Source: Octopus vulgaris (lineage: Eukaryota). Taken from it: a stretch of 64,000 nucleotides of DNA. Below the pieces are notes generated by a model. It was not told the DNA's origin and made no database searches. It worked only from the letters and a program-made list of their open reading frames with translations. The DNA is taken from the NCBI GenBank assembly GCA_951406725.2, contig OX597819.1:126604001-126668000 (forward strand), given 5' to 3'. Position 1 is the first letter of the stretch, and every line of letters starts with the position of its first letter. Shown in pieces: positions 1-11,918 of the stretch. The position numbers were made by a program, and so were the translations under genes.

Positions 1-199
1 TGCGGCGTTGAAAAAGTTGTATTCAGTTGTCATGTCTGAAAGTGGTAAACTTTATTGGAATTTCATAATCGATAAGCAGAAGTTATAAAAGAAGAATACA
101 GCTACAAATAACTACGAAGCACTACGATAAAAATATTTTGTGCTAATTGAAATTACACTAGAAGGAAATGAATAAATTTATCTGACTGGTCAATAATAA

Positions 200-650
200 A
201 TATTTCTTTACTGCCCACAAGGAGCTAAACACAGAGAGGACAAACAAGGACAGGCAAACGGATTAAGTCGATTACTTTGACCCCAGTGCGTAACTGGTAC
301 TTAATTTATTGACCCCGAAAGGATGAAAGGCAAAGTCGACCTCGGCGGAATTTGAGCCCAGAACGTAACGACAGATGAAATACGGCTACGCATTTCGCCC
401 GGCGTGCTAACGTTTCTTATTTCTTTATTGCCCACAAGGGGCTGAACATAGAGGGGACAAACAAGGACAGACAAACGGATTAAGTCGATTACATCGACCC
501 CAGTGCGTAACTGGTACTTAATTTATCGACCCCGAAAGGATGAAAGGCAAAGTCGACCTCGGCGAAATTTGAACCCAGAACGTAACGGCAGACGAAATGC
601 GGCTACGCATTTCGCCCGGCGTGCTAACGTTTCTGCCAGCTCGCTACCTT
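200..650 (-). mobile_element. tRNA-derived Nin/Deu-domain SINE, head-to-tail dimer with TSD
   Basis: Reverse complement carries head ggtagcgagctggcagaaacgttagc, B-box-like gggttcaaatttc and the domain gtcgactttgcctttcatcctttcggggtcgataaattaagtaccag twice. Flanked by tctgactg(g/c)tcaataata at 181 and 651. Confidence 0.85.
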
Positions 651-959
651 TCTGACTGCTCAATAATATAACTAACCAGGAAAATTTTAATTATTCAGTT
701 GTGACAAGAATCAATCAATATCTAAATAGTAACTATACACTGGTTAACGAGCAGACAACCCAGCTGATTTCACATTAAACTTCATCATATAACTCAGAAA
801 ATCGCTTGCACTAGAGGTCAGTGACTAAATGCAATTTGCTAGACTATTCAGCACATCAATAACAGATGAACCTCTACATAGACATTCAATTCGCAAGAAA
901 TAGCCAAATCTCCCTCAAATTTTATTCTGTTGTCTTAACAAAAGGAAGGAAATAGGACG

Positions 960-1152
960 TAGGCGCGATCGATGCCCGCCTTCGCCCGCCTTTTGAAGCT
1001 CGCCTTCGCCCGCCTCTGGACGTCCGCCTCTTCACGCCCGCCTTTTGAAGCTCAACTTCGTCCGCCTTCGCCCGCAGCTCCGCCGCGTTACCGTGCCCGA
1101 TCTAGTGAGGCTGAAGCAAACCTCGCGGTATCGCCCAGTGATGTACACTGCT
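960..1152. repeat. GC/CpG-rich island of cgcccgcc(tt) sub-repeats, possibly a transposon end
   Basis: Repeated cgcccgcc/cgccttcg units and a duplicated gcccgccttttgaagctc in an otherwise AT-rich context. Confidence 0.5.
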
Positions 1153-1356
1153 TGGAAAAAAGTAAAAAGAAAAACTGATGAGATTTAGAATGGGATACCA
1201 TTCATCATACTCTTTGTTAGAGCTAAATAACTACAACAATGTCAATTATCCCTTACATTTTCTTTCCTCGGACAACCAAAATAACGACAAGTTAGTCAGA
1301 TGAGCCTTTATTTCTGTCTACACAAAATATTGAACTTACATTTCAAAAATACCATC

Positions 1357-1524
1357 CAAGAGACAATAAGTTAGAAGTTCATGTTGGTGTTATGCTTAGG
1401 GTACCATATATTTGGTTTTGTTCATAGTGTTGTTCTAGAGAATGTTTAAGAAACCATAAGAAAATTATGTTTGTTTTAAAATTTAAGATTATATAGATAG
1501 TAAAAATACTGTAGGATGTGGGTA

Positions 1525-1526
<2 letters not shown>
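1357..1526 (-). mobile_element. R4/Dong-like LINE 3'-end fragment next to (TTA)n
   Basis: Near-identical inverted copy of 5125-5295, abutting the (TTA)n run at 1526-1595. Confidence 0.7.
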
Positions 1527-1597
<71 letters not shown>

Positions 1598-1699
1598 TCA
1601 TTGGTTCAGGCTGTTCCTCTCTGAAAATTGCTTTAAAGGTGCGTGTTTGCGTGTGTGTGTGTTTGTGTGTACACACACGCGCGCATATATATCTATATC

Positions 1700-1747
<48 letters not shown>

Positions 1748-2151
1748 TGTATGTATGTATGTATGTACGTATGTATATATATGTATATATATATATGCAC
1801 GCGCACACACAAGTACATACTTGCATTAACACCTGATCTATGTACGCATGTATGTATGTATGTATGTATGTATTCATGTATGTATGTGTGTATGTATGTG
1901 TGTATGTATGTATGTATGCATGTATGTATGTATGTGTGTATGTATGTATGTGTGTATGTATGTATTTATGTATGTGTGTATGTGTATGAGCATGTATGTT
2001 GGGGCAGCAACAGCGGGGAACTTTCGGCGGAAACCACATTACATTTCTTGTTTGATATTTCCTTTAAGCCTTATTTTAGACACAATAATTCTATAGTTTA
2101 TCTTTATTTATGGTACACAACAGCTTAGTAAGTATACCTTGGTTTCACTCG

Positions 2152-2190
<39 letters not shown>

Positions 2191-2474
2191 CTCCATATTT
2201 ACTACCTCCGCGACAATACGAAAACAGCAGGCGGGTTACACAAACAACAGATTGTCTTTAATCTGTCACCGTCTAACGACACCACAACGACACTCCACCA
2301 ACCAATCACCAACCAACCACCAATCAAAGGGGCTTCCACTTCACCACCACCACTACTACTCCTCCTCCAGCCAAACACTACCACTACCGCCACCACTGCG
2401 GCAACTATAATCTCACGACGTTTCACCAATTGTTTTCTATAAAGATCTTCCGTAGCTTAGGGAGGAAAAGGTCA

Positions 2475-2864
2475 AGGATGGCACGTATGAATGACGAAGC
2501 CACCTTGAGCATAATCCTATGAACCCGGAAAATTTAAAACAGAGGGTTACCTACTTGCAAACAAATGTGGTAACATGTAACATTATTGACCGAGGTTGCC
2601 GTGGCCTTTTCCGTAGGCTTTTCTGTCCACGGATAAACCTTATCTGCTTCCCCCTTTACACTTTACATCATGACACTGTGATACACGATCCCTATTGATG
2701 GTTTTTTTCTTTTTTCCTTTTTTTTCTTCTTTCCCTTTTACAATCCCTTTTGATCGAAAACCTACCTCACTTTTTTTTCTTTTTTTTTTCTCTCCTCCAA
2801 AAAGAAAAGGTCTACTTTGTAATCTGTCCCGTCTGTGTGCAGCCCTGTGTGGCTAATAAAGAAA
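2475..2864 (+). mobile_element. 5'-truncated L1/Tx1-like LINE 3' end
   Basis: Short ORF tail RMARMNDEATLSIIL*, then a pyrimidine-rich 3' UTR ending cagccctgtgtggctAATAAAgaaa. Clade assignment is from memory. Confidence 0.5.
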
Positions 2865-3292
2865 CATATTATCGCTATATAATATGGTAACAATAATGAA
2901 AACTATTATTACTACTGATGATAATATTGGTGGTGGTGGTGGTGATGCTACTGGTGGTAGTGATGGTGGCTTCTACTTTTTTTGTGTGTTTGATGTTGTT
3001 AGTGATGACAGTGACGCTGGTAGTAGTTTGTAGTTTTGATAGTAATTTTATCATCTTTTCTCATTGTCAACGGATGCATCCACACACACATGAATGAAAG
3101 CACGTGCAGTCACACACACATACAAATTCGAACACAACCAATACGCACCCATATTAGCTCTTTGTTAGAGCTAAATAACTACAACAACGACAGCAGCAAC
3201 ACCAACAACGTGTGTACTTAAATCAGTTAGGGAAGCCTCTATATAGCTGCTCGACCTGCAAGAAATAGCAACCAAATTTCTCTCAGATTATA

Positions 3293-3483
3293 CAGGGCTT
3301 TCGTAATGTAATTCGCAGTACACGTCGTGTATAAATTTAGATATTTATGTTAAACGTTGATACTCCCTAGTAGGCTCCCCTAGCGAAGTAATGCACTGGG
3401 GGCTCTATAAAAAATCTCACTAGATTTGGGTTCCTGGGCCCCTGGGAAACTTCCCAGTATGCCCATGCTTCAAGGCGTTCTCA
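3293..3483. mobile_element. Degenerate MITE (hAT-like ends)
   Basis: Left end cagggctttcgtaa; right end gggcccctgggaaacttcccagtatgcccatgcttcaaggcgttctc, resembling CAGGGCCGTCTTAA-type TIR elements. TSD not resolved. Confidence 0.3.
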
Positions 3484-4039
3484 ATAGTTGGGTTTGTGGC
3501 TATCGTTGAAACACCAGTCTATCTGTATTTAGCAAAGCTACGACCAATAGCAGTCCATCTATGACCATTCCTTCTGCTTAGAGGTATTTAGCAGACTACA
3601 TGAGCCAATCTCCCTTGTCTATAGCGGGCATAACTTGAGCGTGATTTGGCTGTTATTTCTAACAAATAGAATGACAATATAAAAGCATTCAGATTGAAAT
3701 ATGATATACTGTTGTTGTTGTTATCGTTGTCATTGATGTACTATAGCCCCAGGTTTGTTCTGAGTGTTCAAGTCCATCATCAAAATTTCTTTTTATGTAA
3801 TAAGAAAATAATGTTTATACCTGGTGAGGTGAGATTGATTTTTCACATCTTCACAGAGCCAAAAGCTGGCGTGTCCATCGATTTGTCCCTAGTTTAGTAA
3901 TGATAAATTTTTTATCGACGCCAGTGGGATTTTAAATCAGATTGCAGAAGGACGGTTTTTAATATAGTATGACGTTTAGTTTCCCGCCGCTCTACCGCCT
4001 CTTCCAACCTTCTAAAATTCCTTGAGAGAAGGAATCAAC

Positions 4040-4595
4040 TGATATTAAACTAGAATACATAAATCAGACAACCACCGCTTCTTAACTACAAAATAGACGA
4101 ACGAGCTATCAAAAATATTATTAATCGGAACACTTCATGCGTCAACACTATTGACGAAGTTCAACTTATAAACTACAGAAGCAATAAACTTGACAAACAA
4201 TTTCTTTTTCTTTCAATCAATAACACCAACAAAACAATACATAACAAAACTTAAAAAAGAAAAACACAGCCAACTATAATATGATCACTGAAGCAAAAGT
4301 AACCAGCATAGTTTACAAATTCTCATACCAGCGTTACAATTGTCAACGTCTAAGCATATAAATCTATCTACATGGGTAAAACTTGTACAAATCTCAGTAG
4401 ACGCCTTTTATTGCACTTACAGGGACAAGACATTTTATACACAGTGAATAGCTATATACAATCTCGAATTTGGACTGAAAGGCTCCTCAATAATAATGCT
4501 ATAATTTCATCTGAAATTAATAAATAAATACTAAAACTGAAAATTGCCAGGTCAGCTTATATTAATTTAAAGTTAATAAGTAATCAGCAATTTCA
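4040..4595 (+). pseudogene. Decayed Penelope-like element ORF: RT-endonuclease linker and GIY-YIG endonuclease
   Basis: Hand translation across frameshifts and stops: DIKLEYINQ / NYKIDERAIKNIINRNTSCVNTIDEVQLINYRSNK / TSIVYKFSYQRYNCQ / SIYMGKTCTNLSRRLLLHLQG / NNNAIISSEINK*ILKLKIARSAYIN..NQQ. This fits the Penelope pattern VVYKFxC..C..YIGxTxxxLxxRLxxH..LExxxI..NxQ. Confidence 0.8.
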
Positions 4596-4729
4596 CGCCA
4601 GCCCCGACTCCTTAGATGACAGCAATACATATACAGATGTATCTCTTCATGCATAAAGTTCTGAAAGCAGGGTCTCAGTAGTAATAGCTGTACCAATGTG
4701 GAGAGAAGGGCAGCCGGAACAACATCAAT

Positions 4730-4733
4730 GATG

Positions 4734-4815
<82 letters not shown>

Positions 4816-4918
4816 TAGAAGATTACTATTTTTAAAATCTCACAACGTGAGATATTCAGCAACAGTACTTTGTAGTAAAGATTGTTGAGAAACAATTTTT
4901 ACTACAACAACAACAACA

Positions 4919-4949
<31 letters not shown>

Positions 4950-4973
4950 TTACTACTACTGCTGCTGCTGCTG

Positions 4974-5019
<46 letters not shown>

Positions 5020-5056
5020 AACTACTACTATATATTAATAATAATAAAAATAATAA

Positions 5057-5124
<68 letters not shown>
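4730..5124. repeat. Compound trinucleotide microsatellites (TAA)n, (CAA)n, (TAC)n, (TGC)n
   Basis: Directly visible. Confidence 0.95.
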
Positions 5125-5126
<2 letters not shown>

Positions 5127-5350
5127 TGCCCACATCCTATAGTATTTTTACTGTCTATATATTCTCAAATTTTAAAACAAACATAATTTTCTTATGGTTT
5201 CTTAAACATACTCTAGAACAACACTATGTACAAAACCAAATATATGACACCCTAAGCATAACACCAACATGAACTTCCAACTTATTGTCTCTTGAGGTCT
5301 CTGGGTGAGACTTGGAGCCAACTTGTACAAATGCAAAGCAAAAGTCAAAG
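5125..5350 (+). mobile_element. R4/Dong-like LINE 3' end between (TAA)n runs
   Basis: Starts with act gcc cac atc cta (TAHIL, compare GTAHVL in the adjacent ORF), followed by about 200 bp of UTR running into (TAA)n. Confidence 0.7.
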
Positions 5351-5388
<38 letters not shown>

Positions 5389-5401
5389 CATAATAATAAT
5401 A

Positions 5402-5515
<114 letters not shown>

Positions 5516-5521
5516 TCCCCG

Positions 5522-5950
5522 AGTATTCCCTGTGATCACAATATAGCGGCGAAAGAATTTGACAAGATTAGTAAATATAAAGACCTGCTAATAGAAATTG
5601 AAAAAATGTGGCATCTCAAGGCGACTACAGTACCAGTGATTGTAGGATCTCTAGGAATGATAAAAAAAGGTACTGAAACCTATTTGAAAATGATTCCAGG
5701 CTTACCATCCCTACAGGAAGTGCAAAAAATCGTATTAAATGGAACGGCTCATGTACTGAGAAGAGCACTATCGCTGTGAAAATAACATCCATCCATGAAT
5801 TTATTTATTTATTAATTTTTAAATACATATTTTATCTGTGAATTTGCGCGTGTAATCTGGGAATGCATACAATGCCCTTCTCTGCCCTAGGATTATCGAA
5901 AACACTCGGCGAGTAACGGAAGAAAATTCGAAGATAGAAGGAAAAACCAT
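5522..5950 (+). mobile_element. 5'-truncated R4/Dong-clade non-LTR retrotransposon: C-terminal restriction-like endonuclease fragment plus 3' UTR, in (TAA)n
   Basis: Uninterrupted frame 5522-5779, SIPCDHNIAAKEFDKISKYKDLLIEIEKMWHLKATTVPVIVGSLG...QKIVLNGTAHVLRRALSL*, with the K..K..KY..L and PVIVGxLG motifs of RLE domains. Flanked on both sides by (TAA)n, the known Dong target. Confidence 0.9.
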
Positions 5951-5953
5951 AAC

Positions 5954-6086
<133 letters not shown>

Positions 6087-6094
6087 TTTATTAT

Positions 6095-6395
6095 ATTTGC
6101 CTTCGGAACGTGGAGTAGATGAAACAGGGCCAACTGAAGAAGGGGAATATTCTTTATGTTGTATGTCTCGTTTCTCTGTTTGTTTTTTTCGTTGTTCGAA
6201 AAAAAGTTCGTTTATACCTTCTTGTTTTTGTGTTTTCGTTTCTCATTGTGTTCAACATGTTTTTTTTTATGTCCTGTACCTATATATGCATGTATATATA
6301 CATATATATGTAGGTATGTACATATATGTATGTATATATGCATATATTTATATATTACTTTTTTTATTATATGATCGAACTCCACGAATCCTTTT
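6095..6395 (+). mobile_element. Dispersed T-rich repeat family associated with (TA)n, possibly a Penelope-type terminal repeat remnant
   Basis: Core tgtcctgtacc(c/t)atatatgcatgtatatatacat and ttttcgtttctc(a/g)ttgtgt recur inverted at about 17935-18115, 27220-27435 and 44110-44332. Confidence 0.6.
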
Positions 6396-6426
6396 CCATG
6401 TATCTATCTATCTATCTATCTATCTG

Positions 6427-6505
<79 letters not shown>

Positions 6506-6551
6506 CTCTCTCTCTCTCTCTCTCTCTCGCTATATATATATATATGTATGT

Positions 6552-6665
6552 ATCACCGTGACCGACCAGTCTATCAGATGTTGCCATATATCGCTGGTCA
6601 CAATGCGCTTCACATTGTTTTAGCCTTCAAATGACGCCACCCCGCTGGCTAAGCGAGCAGGCCAA
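6552..6665 (-). mobile_element. Probable retroposon 3'-tail fragment inside a TA microsatellite
   Basis: About 110 bp GC-richer block bounded by (TA)n on both sides; family not established. Confidence 0.3.
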
Positions 6666-6692
6666 TATATATATATATACATATACATATAT

Positions 6693-6723
<31 letters not shown>

Positions 6724-8209
6724 CAGAGACAGGGACAGAGAGAGTGGTGGGGAACCTTGTTCAAGTTCTGCCGAGGTTGATTTTGCCTTTCATCCTTTCG
6801 GAGGTCGATAGAATAAGTACCAGTGGAGTACTGGGGTCGATGTATTCGTCTTACCCGCTCCTCCAAAATGACCGACCTTGTCACGAAATTCGAAACCAAT
6901 ATGTTGTTATTGTAGTTTTAGGCTCCCAGCTAACCCTGACTGAGCAAAGACGTTCCTTCTTTGACCATCCTGTCTTTCCCCAGATACAAACAAGTCTGTG
7001 TTGTCTCTTTCCATTTATAAGTCGATTGAGTGGAGATTTGGTTGTCCTTTCATGCAAGTTGGGCAGCCATATAGACGTTCCTTCGTTAACTAAGATTTGT
7101 GTTTGTATGTGTATGTGTGTGTGTTTGTATGTGTGTATGTGCGTGATTGTATGTATATGTATGTGTGTATGTGTATGTGTGTATGTGCGTGTTTGTATGT
7201 GTATGTATGTGTGTATGTGTGTATGTGCGTGTTTGTATGTATATGTATGTATATGTATGTGTGTATGTGTATGTGTGTTTGTATGTATGTATGTATGTGT
7301 ATGTGTATGTATGTATGTGCGTGTTTGTATGTATATGTATGTGTGTATGTGTATGTGTGTTTGTATGTGTATGTATGCGTGTATGTGTGTGTTCGTATCT
7401 TCCTTGGGTGATCTATGCGTGCTTCTGTGCTTGCATTGTTACTTGTATGTGTATGCCTGCTTGCGTGTCTTTCGGGTTTACTGGGGCGTGCATCAAATCT
7501 AGAGCGCTTCTCTTCCTTACTTCATTTCCACCCTTCCTCCATGTTTTACATTAACGTCTCTCCCCCTCCACCTTTTCTACAAGCTCTCTCTCCCCCTCTC
7601 CCCTCCCACCAAAGGTTGGCTTTCATACTCTCCTCCTCCTCCTCCTTCCCATCCCCCTCTCATTCTTCCTACTAGTTCTCTCTCGCTGTGTGACCTGTCA
7701 TCCTGTCTACCATGTTAGACAACAAGGGCTGGCCTTTCAACGCCAACCGACCGCCTCCTTTATATTGTCGTCGACATTTTTGATGTTGTTGTTCTAGTTG
7801 TTGTTCTGATGGCTTTCTTAAAAAAAAAAAATGTTATTCTGCTGGGTTTTTTTTTGGGTTTTTTTAAAAATTTGTACTGATTTTCTTATTCTTAACGTTT
7901 TTGATTTTTGTTTTGTTGTAAAACTTCCCAAAATATTTGCTTGCTTTCTATCCAGAACTATGTATATACACACACACGCGCACAAATACATAACATACAC
8001 ACACACACACACACACAGATGTATATATCCCTCTTTATAGCCTTATATATATATATCTTTTTTTAATTTTTTCGCTTTCTTAATTTTTCTTCGTTCTCTG
8101 TGCTAAACGTCCCCCCCTCTCTCTCTCACTCGATTTCTCTGTCTTTTTTCCTCAGTATCCCGCTCCTGAGTGTATCCTATTTGTACAACGGGACGCACAC
8201 ACCCTCACA

Positions 8210-8246
<37 letters not shown>

Positions 8247-8332
8247 ACATATGTACATACACACGCGCACATACATACACACACAGATACGTATACGCAC
8301 ACATGCATTTACACACAGACACACGCACACTC

Positions 8333-8367
<35 letters not shown>

Positions 8368-8439
8368 CACAGAACAGGCAGTCACAATAGTAGAGAGGAC
8401 AAACCTCCAGTTCGATAGACAAACAGACAGGTAGATAAA

Positions 8440-8632
8440 ATAATTGATAAAAATGATTGATAAAAGTGATTGATAAAAGTGATTGATAAAAATGATTGAT
8501 GAAAGTGATTGATAAAAATGACTGATGAAAGTGATTGATAAAAATGATTGATAAAAGTGATTGATAAAAATGATTGATAAAAGTGATTGATAAAAATGAT
8601 TGATAAAAGTGATTGATAAAAATGATTGATAA
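8440..8632. repeat. 13-bp minisatellite aaa(a/g)tgattgata, about 14-15 units
   Basis: Exact 13-bp period (8454, 8467 ... 8623), mostly alternating A and G variants. Confidence 0.95.
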
Positions 8633-8714
8633 ATAGATAGGAGGCGGGATAGAAAGATAAAGACCATGATGTGATCCAACGAATTCACAATTAATTCAAA
8701 AGAAACTAGTTTTA

Positions 8715-8959
8715 TTGGGTGTTCAAAAAGTCTCTCTGCAGTGGATTTTTTTATCCTGACTCTCCAAGAGTCAGACTTTCCAACATGTATTTCAATACAT
8801 GTGTAGAAGAGTCAACTTATGTATTGAAAATGAAGGACGACACTTTCAACACCTCTTGTAAAGTTTTTAAAGTCTTGTAAAATCTAATATATACTTTTGT
8901 GGTCTTATACCATCTTATTCATAAAATACTTACTGCTGAGAGACTTTTTGAACACCCTG
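8715..8959 (+). mobile_element. Internally deleted Tc1/mariner element (245 bp)
   Basis: TIRs gggtgttcaaaaagtctc / gagactttttgaacaccc with TA on both flanks. 8799-8861 encodes MCRRVNLCIENEGRHFQHLL*, a typical Tc1/mariner transposase C-terminus (R...C....G.HF.H.L). Confidence 0.85.
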
Positions 8960-8987
8960 TATTTCATTCAATATTTCCTTACTAGAA

Positions 8988-9381
8988 GGCGGCGAGCTGG
9001 CAGAAACGTTAGCACGCCGGGCGAAATGCTTAGCGGTATTTCGTCTGCCGTTATGTTCTGAGTTCAAATTCCGCTGAGGTCGACTTTGCCTTTCATCCTT
9101 TCGGGGTCGATTAAATAAGTACCAGTTACGCACTGAGTTCAATATAATCGACTTAATCCGTTTGTCTGTCCTTGCTTGTCCCCTCTATGTTTAACCCCTT
9201 GTGGGTAATAAAGAAATAGGTATTTCGTCTGTCTTTATGTTCTGAGTTCAAATTCCGCCGAGGTCGACTTTGCCTTTCATCCTTTCAGGGTTGATAAATT
9301 AAGAACCTGTTGTTGCGTACTGGGGTCGATCTAATCGACTGGTCCCCTTTACAAAAATTTCGGGCCTTGTGCCTAGAGTAG
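8988..9381 (+). mobile_element. Nin/Deu-domain SINE dimer with two different 3' tails and TSD
   Basis: Full head ggcggcgagctggcagaaacg and two domain copies joined at gaaata|ggtatttc. TSD aatatttccttac(t/a)aga at about 8970 and 9382. Confidence 0.85.
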
Positions 9382-9435
9382 AATATTTCCTTACAAGATG
9401 GGATTCTGGTTTCAGCTGTCGTATTGCCATATCTT

Positions 9436-9600
9436 TTATCTTTTAGCTTTTACTTGTTTCGGTCATTAGACTGCGGCTATGCTGGGGCAAAGCCTTGAAG
9501 AATTTTTAATTGAATGTATCGATCCCTGGACTCATTGTCTTAAAGCCTGGTAATTATTCTATCGGTTTCTTTTACCGAACCGCTAAATTATGGTGATGTA

Positions 9601-9666
<66 letters not shown>

Positions 9667-9815
9667 TACACACACATAAACGCCGGACTTCTTTCAGCTT
9701 CCGTCTACTAAATCCGCTTACAGGTCTTTGGTCGGCCCGATACTATAGAAGAAGAGACTAGCCCAAGGTGCCATGCAGTGGGACTGACTACTGAACCATG
9801 TACTTAGGAAGCAAC
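9436..9815 (-). mobile_element. CORE-type tRNA SINE with internal (CA)n
   Basis: Homologous to the full copies at 25545 and 33177. Confidence 0.75.
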
Positions 9816-10158
9816 TCACGTACTCAACAAGTGAGCTTACTTGCTTGCTTGCCAGTCGGCTGCGACATAGCACTTTGAGAACGACTCCTTTATAGTTCTG
9901 GGTTTAAAACACCTGAAGGTCATCGGACAGGTGAGACAACTCTACTCCAATCCCAATGGCAAATGATGGATACCGATATTTCGCCATTTTTGTGGCTTAT
10001 CAACATCGTGTGACTGAATCAAACCGGGGAGCGAACCGAATCATCAGTCTATGACTATAGACAAGTAGTGTGAGAACCATTTGCTGGTATGTGACAGCGT
10101 GGGGCCTGCTGGTATTTACCAGCAATAAGTATAGCAATAACAATAAAAGTGTATATAT

Positions 10159-10333
10159 ATTTCTTTACTACCCACAAGGAGCTAAACACAGAGGGGACGA
10201 ACAAAGACAGACAAAAGGATTAAGTCGATTACATCGACCCCAGTACGTAACTGGTACTTAATTTATCGACCCCGAAAGGATGAAAGGCAAAGTCGACCTC
10301 GGCGGAATTTGAACTCAGAACGCAACGCAGACG
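10159..10333 (-). mobile_element. 5'-truncated Nin/Deu SINE with 17-bp TSD
   Basis: ataaaagtgtatatata at 10143 and 10334. Confidence 0.85.
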
Positions 10334-10624
10334 ATAAAAGTGTATATATAGGGGTGATACATGAGATGCCATTTAGTATAGCTCGGTGTATATTTGGTCC
10401 CCACGTATAATCATTACAGCGTGGATTGCAGATCCACCCTCATCTATTTATATGATTATATTAGGAGATGTTTCTTTTTGTATCATATCAATTATTGCAT
10501 GTGTACGGACACACAAACATCCACACATATAGACATATATGTATATACGTACACAAATATCTAGACACATCCACACATATATATACACACAGACATTCAT
10601 ATGTGTGTATGTATGTATGTATGT

Positions 10625-10805
10625 CTTAAGGCTGTATCAAGCGCGGGGACAGAAATAATTGGACTGAATACCCGATCGCGCGGTTAAACAATTGGGAGTG
10701 AAGGACTCCTAGCCTTTGTTAGGGCATCCTTCTAGGAGAAGGTAACTCAGGTAACTGGGATAACTCCGACATAAAACCTGCGGCTCAGTGGTTACCGATG
10801 ATGTT
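10625..10805 (+). mobile_element. Possible RTE-clade LINE 5' UTR fragment
   Basis: tagggcatccttctaggagaaggtaactc resembles a recalled RTE 5'-UTR motif (ggcaacc..tctaggagaaggaaaactc). Confidence 0.35.
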
Positions 10806-11458
10806 GACTTGTTCTTCTTTTCGGATTATGGCTGCTGTTGCTTAGTGAGTGGGATTCACTCAGTGCACAGCCTTTCCTCACTTTAAAAGAATTTTCTTGC
10901 ACAGGCATTGCACGATAACAACATTGATTAAGCTTCGTGCAATGGCCATACTCGATAACGAGGGTGCAGTCACCATGTATGTATGTATGTATGTATTGAT
11001 GTATGTATGTATGTATATATGTATATATAATTATGTATGAATGTATGTATGCATGCATGTGTGTATTGTAAATAAACGCACATGAACACAAGCAGTACAA
11101 TTTTACTTTAGCTAACTCAGATGTTTAATTAGTGAAAGTGTACAAGTTAGCAAGAATGAGGGAAGGAAAAAGTGTGTATCACCATAGCTGTTACCTTGTC
11201 AAAGACAGCTTCACAATCAAGGTGTCTTTTCGTAATGTTATTTAAATACATTCCACAACTGACTCGAAATTATTTCTCTTGGATCATTTTTGCTTAAATT
11301 ATACGAATTACCTCGGCCATTACTGTTTTCCTCTCTGTTTTGTAGAACTTTTGGTCCGTCCCTTGGCTGTTGAAGATTGCTATTGACGGGGCTCTTTCTC
11401 TTGATAGAGTCCGTTCGAACGGACAGCCATTATATATATATGTATATATGTATGACAG

Positions 11459-11510
<52 letters not shown>

Positions 11511-11876
11511 ACATGCACACATATATACATGCGTACACGCATACACGCACATACACACGTATATGTGCCCATGCACGCATTATTTTGTTCATTTACACAT
11601 TTCTATACGCACACACATACGCATATACATATACATGCATATGCATACGCGGATATACAAAACCACGCATATGCATATACATCGCTTAGTTTCGAAGGCC
11701 CAAAACTTCAAGACCTTCTTTCTGAGTCAATCTCTCACCCCAACTCGCGATGTAGACCCGTATCTAGACCTACGAAACTTTGAAAAATGTTAACCTTAGT
11801 CATTATTACTATATATCACCAACTTGAAGAACACGTGCTAAATGCTCCATTCTCTCATTTTCACACCTACCCGGGT

Positions 11877-11918
<42 letters not shown>

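Noticed and set aside
972-1178. 68-aa GC-rich ORF
   Set aside because: Arises from the cgcccgcc sub-repeats, with no domain or splice support.
6118-6160. Hammerhead at gaaac..ctgaaga
   Set aside because: Core-like words are present, but no consistent set of stems I-III can be formed.
9896-9930. Possible 35-nt exon (tttatag ... cag|gtgaga)
   Set aside because: Splice-like words only, with no recognisable peptide or neighbouring exons.
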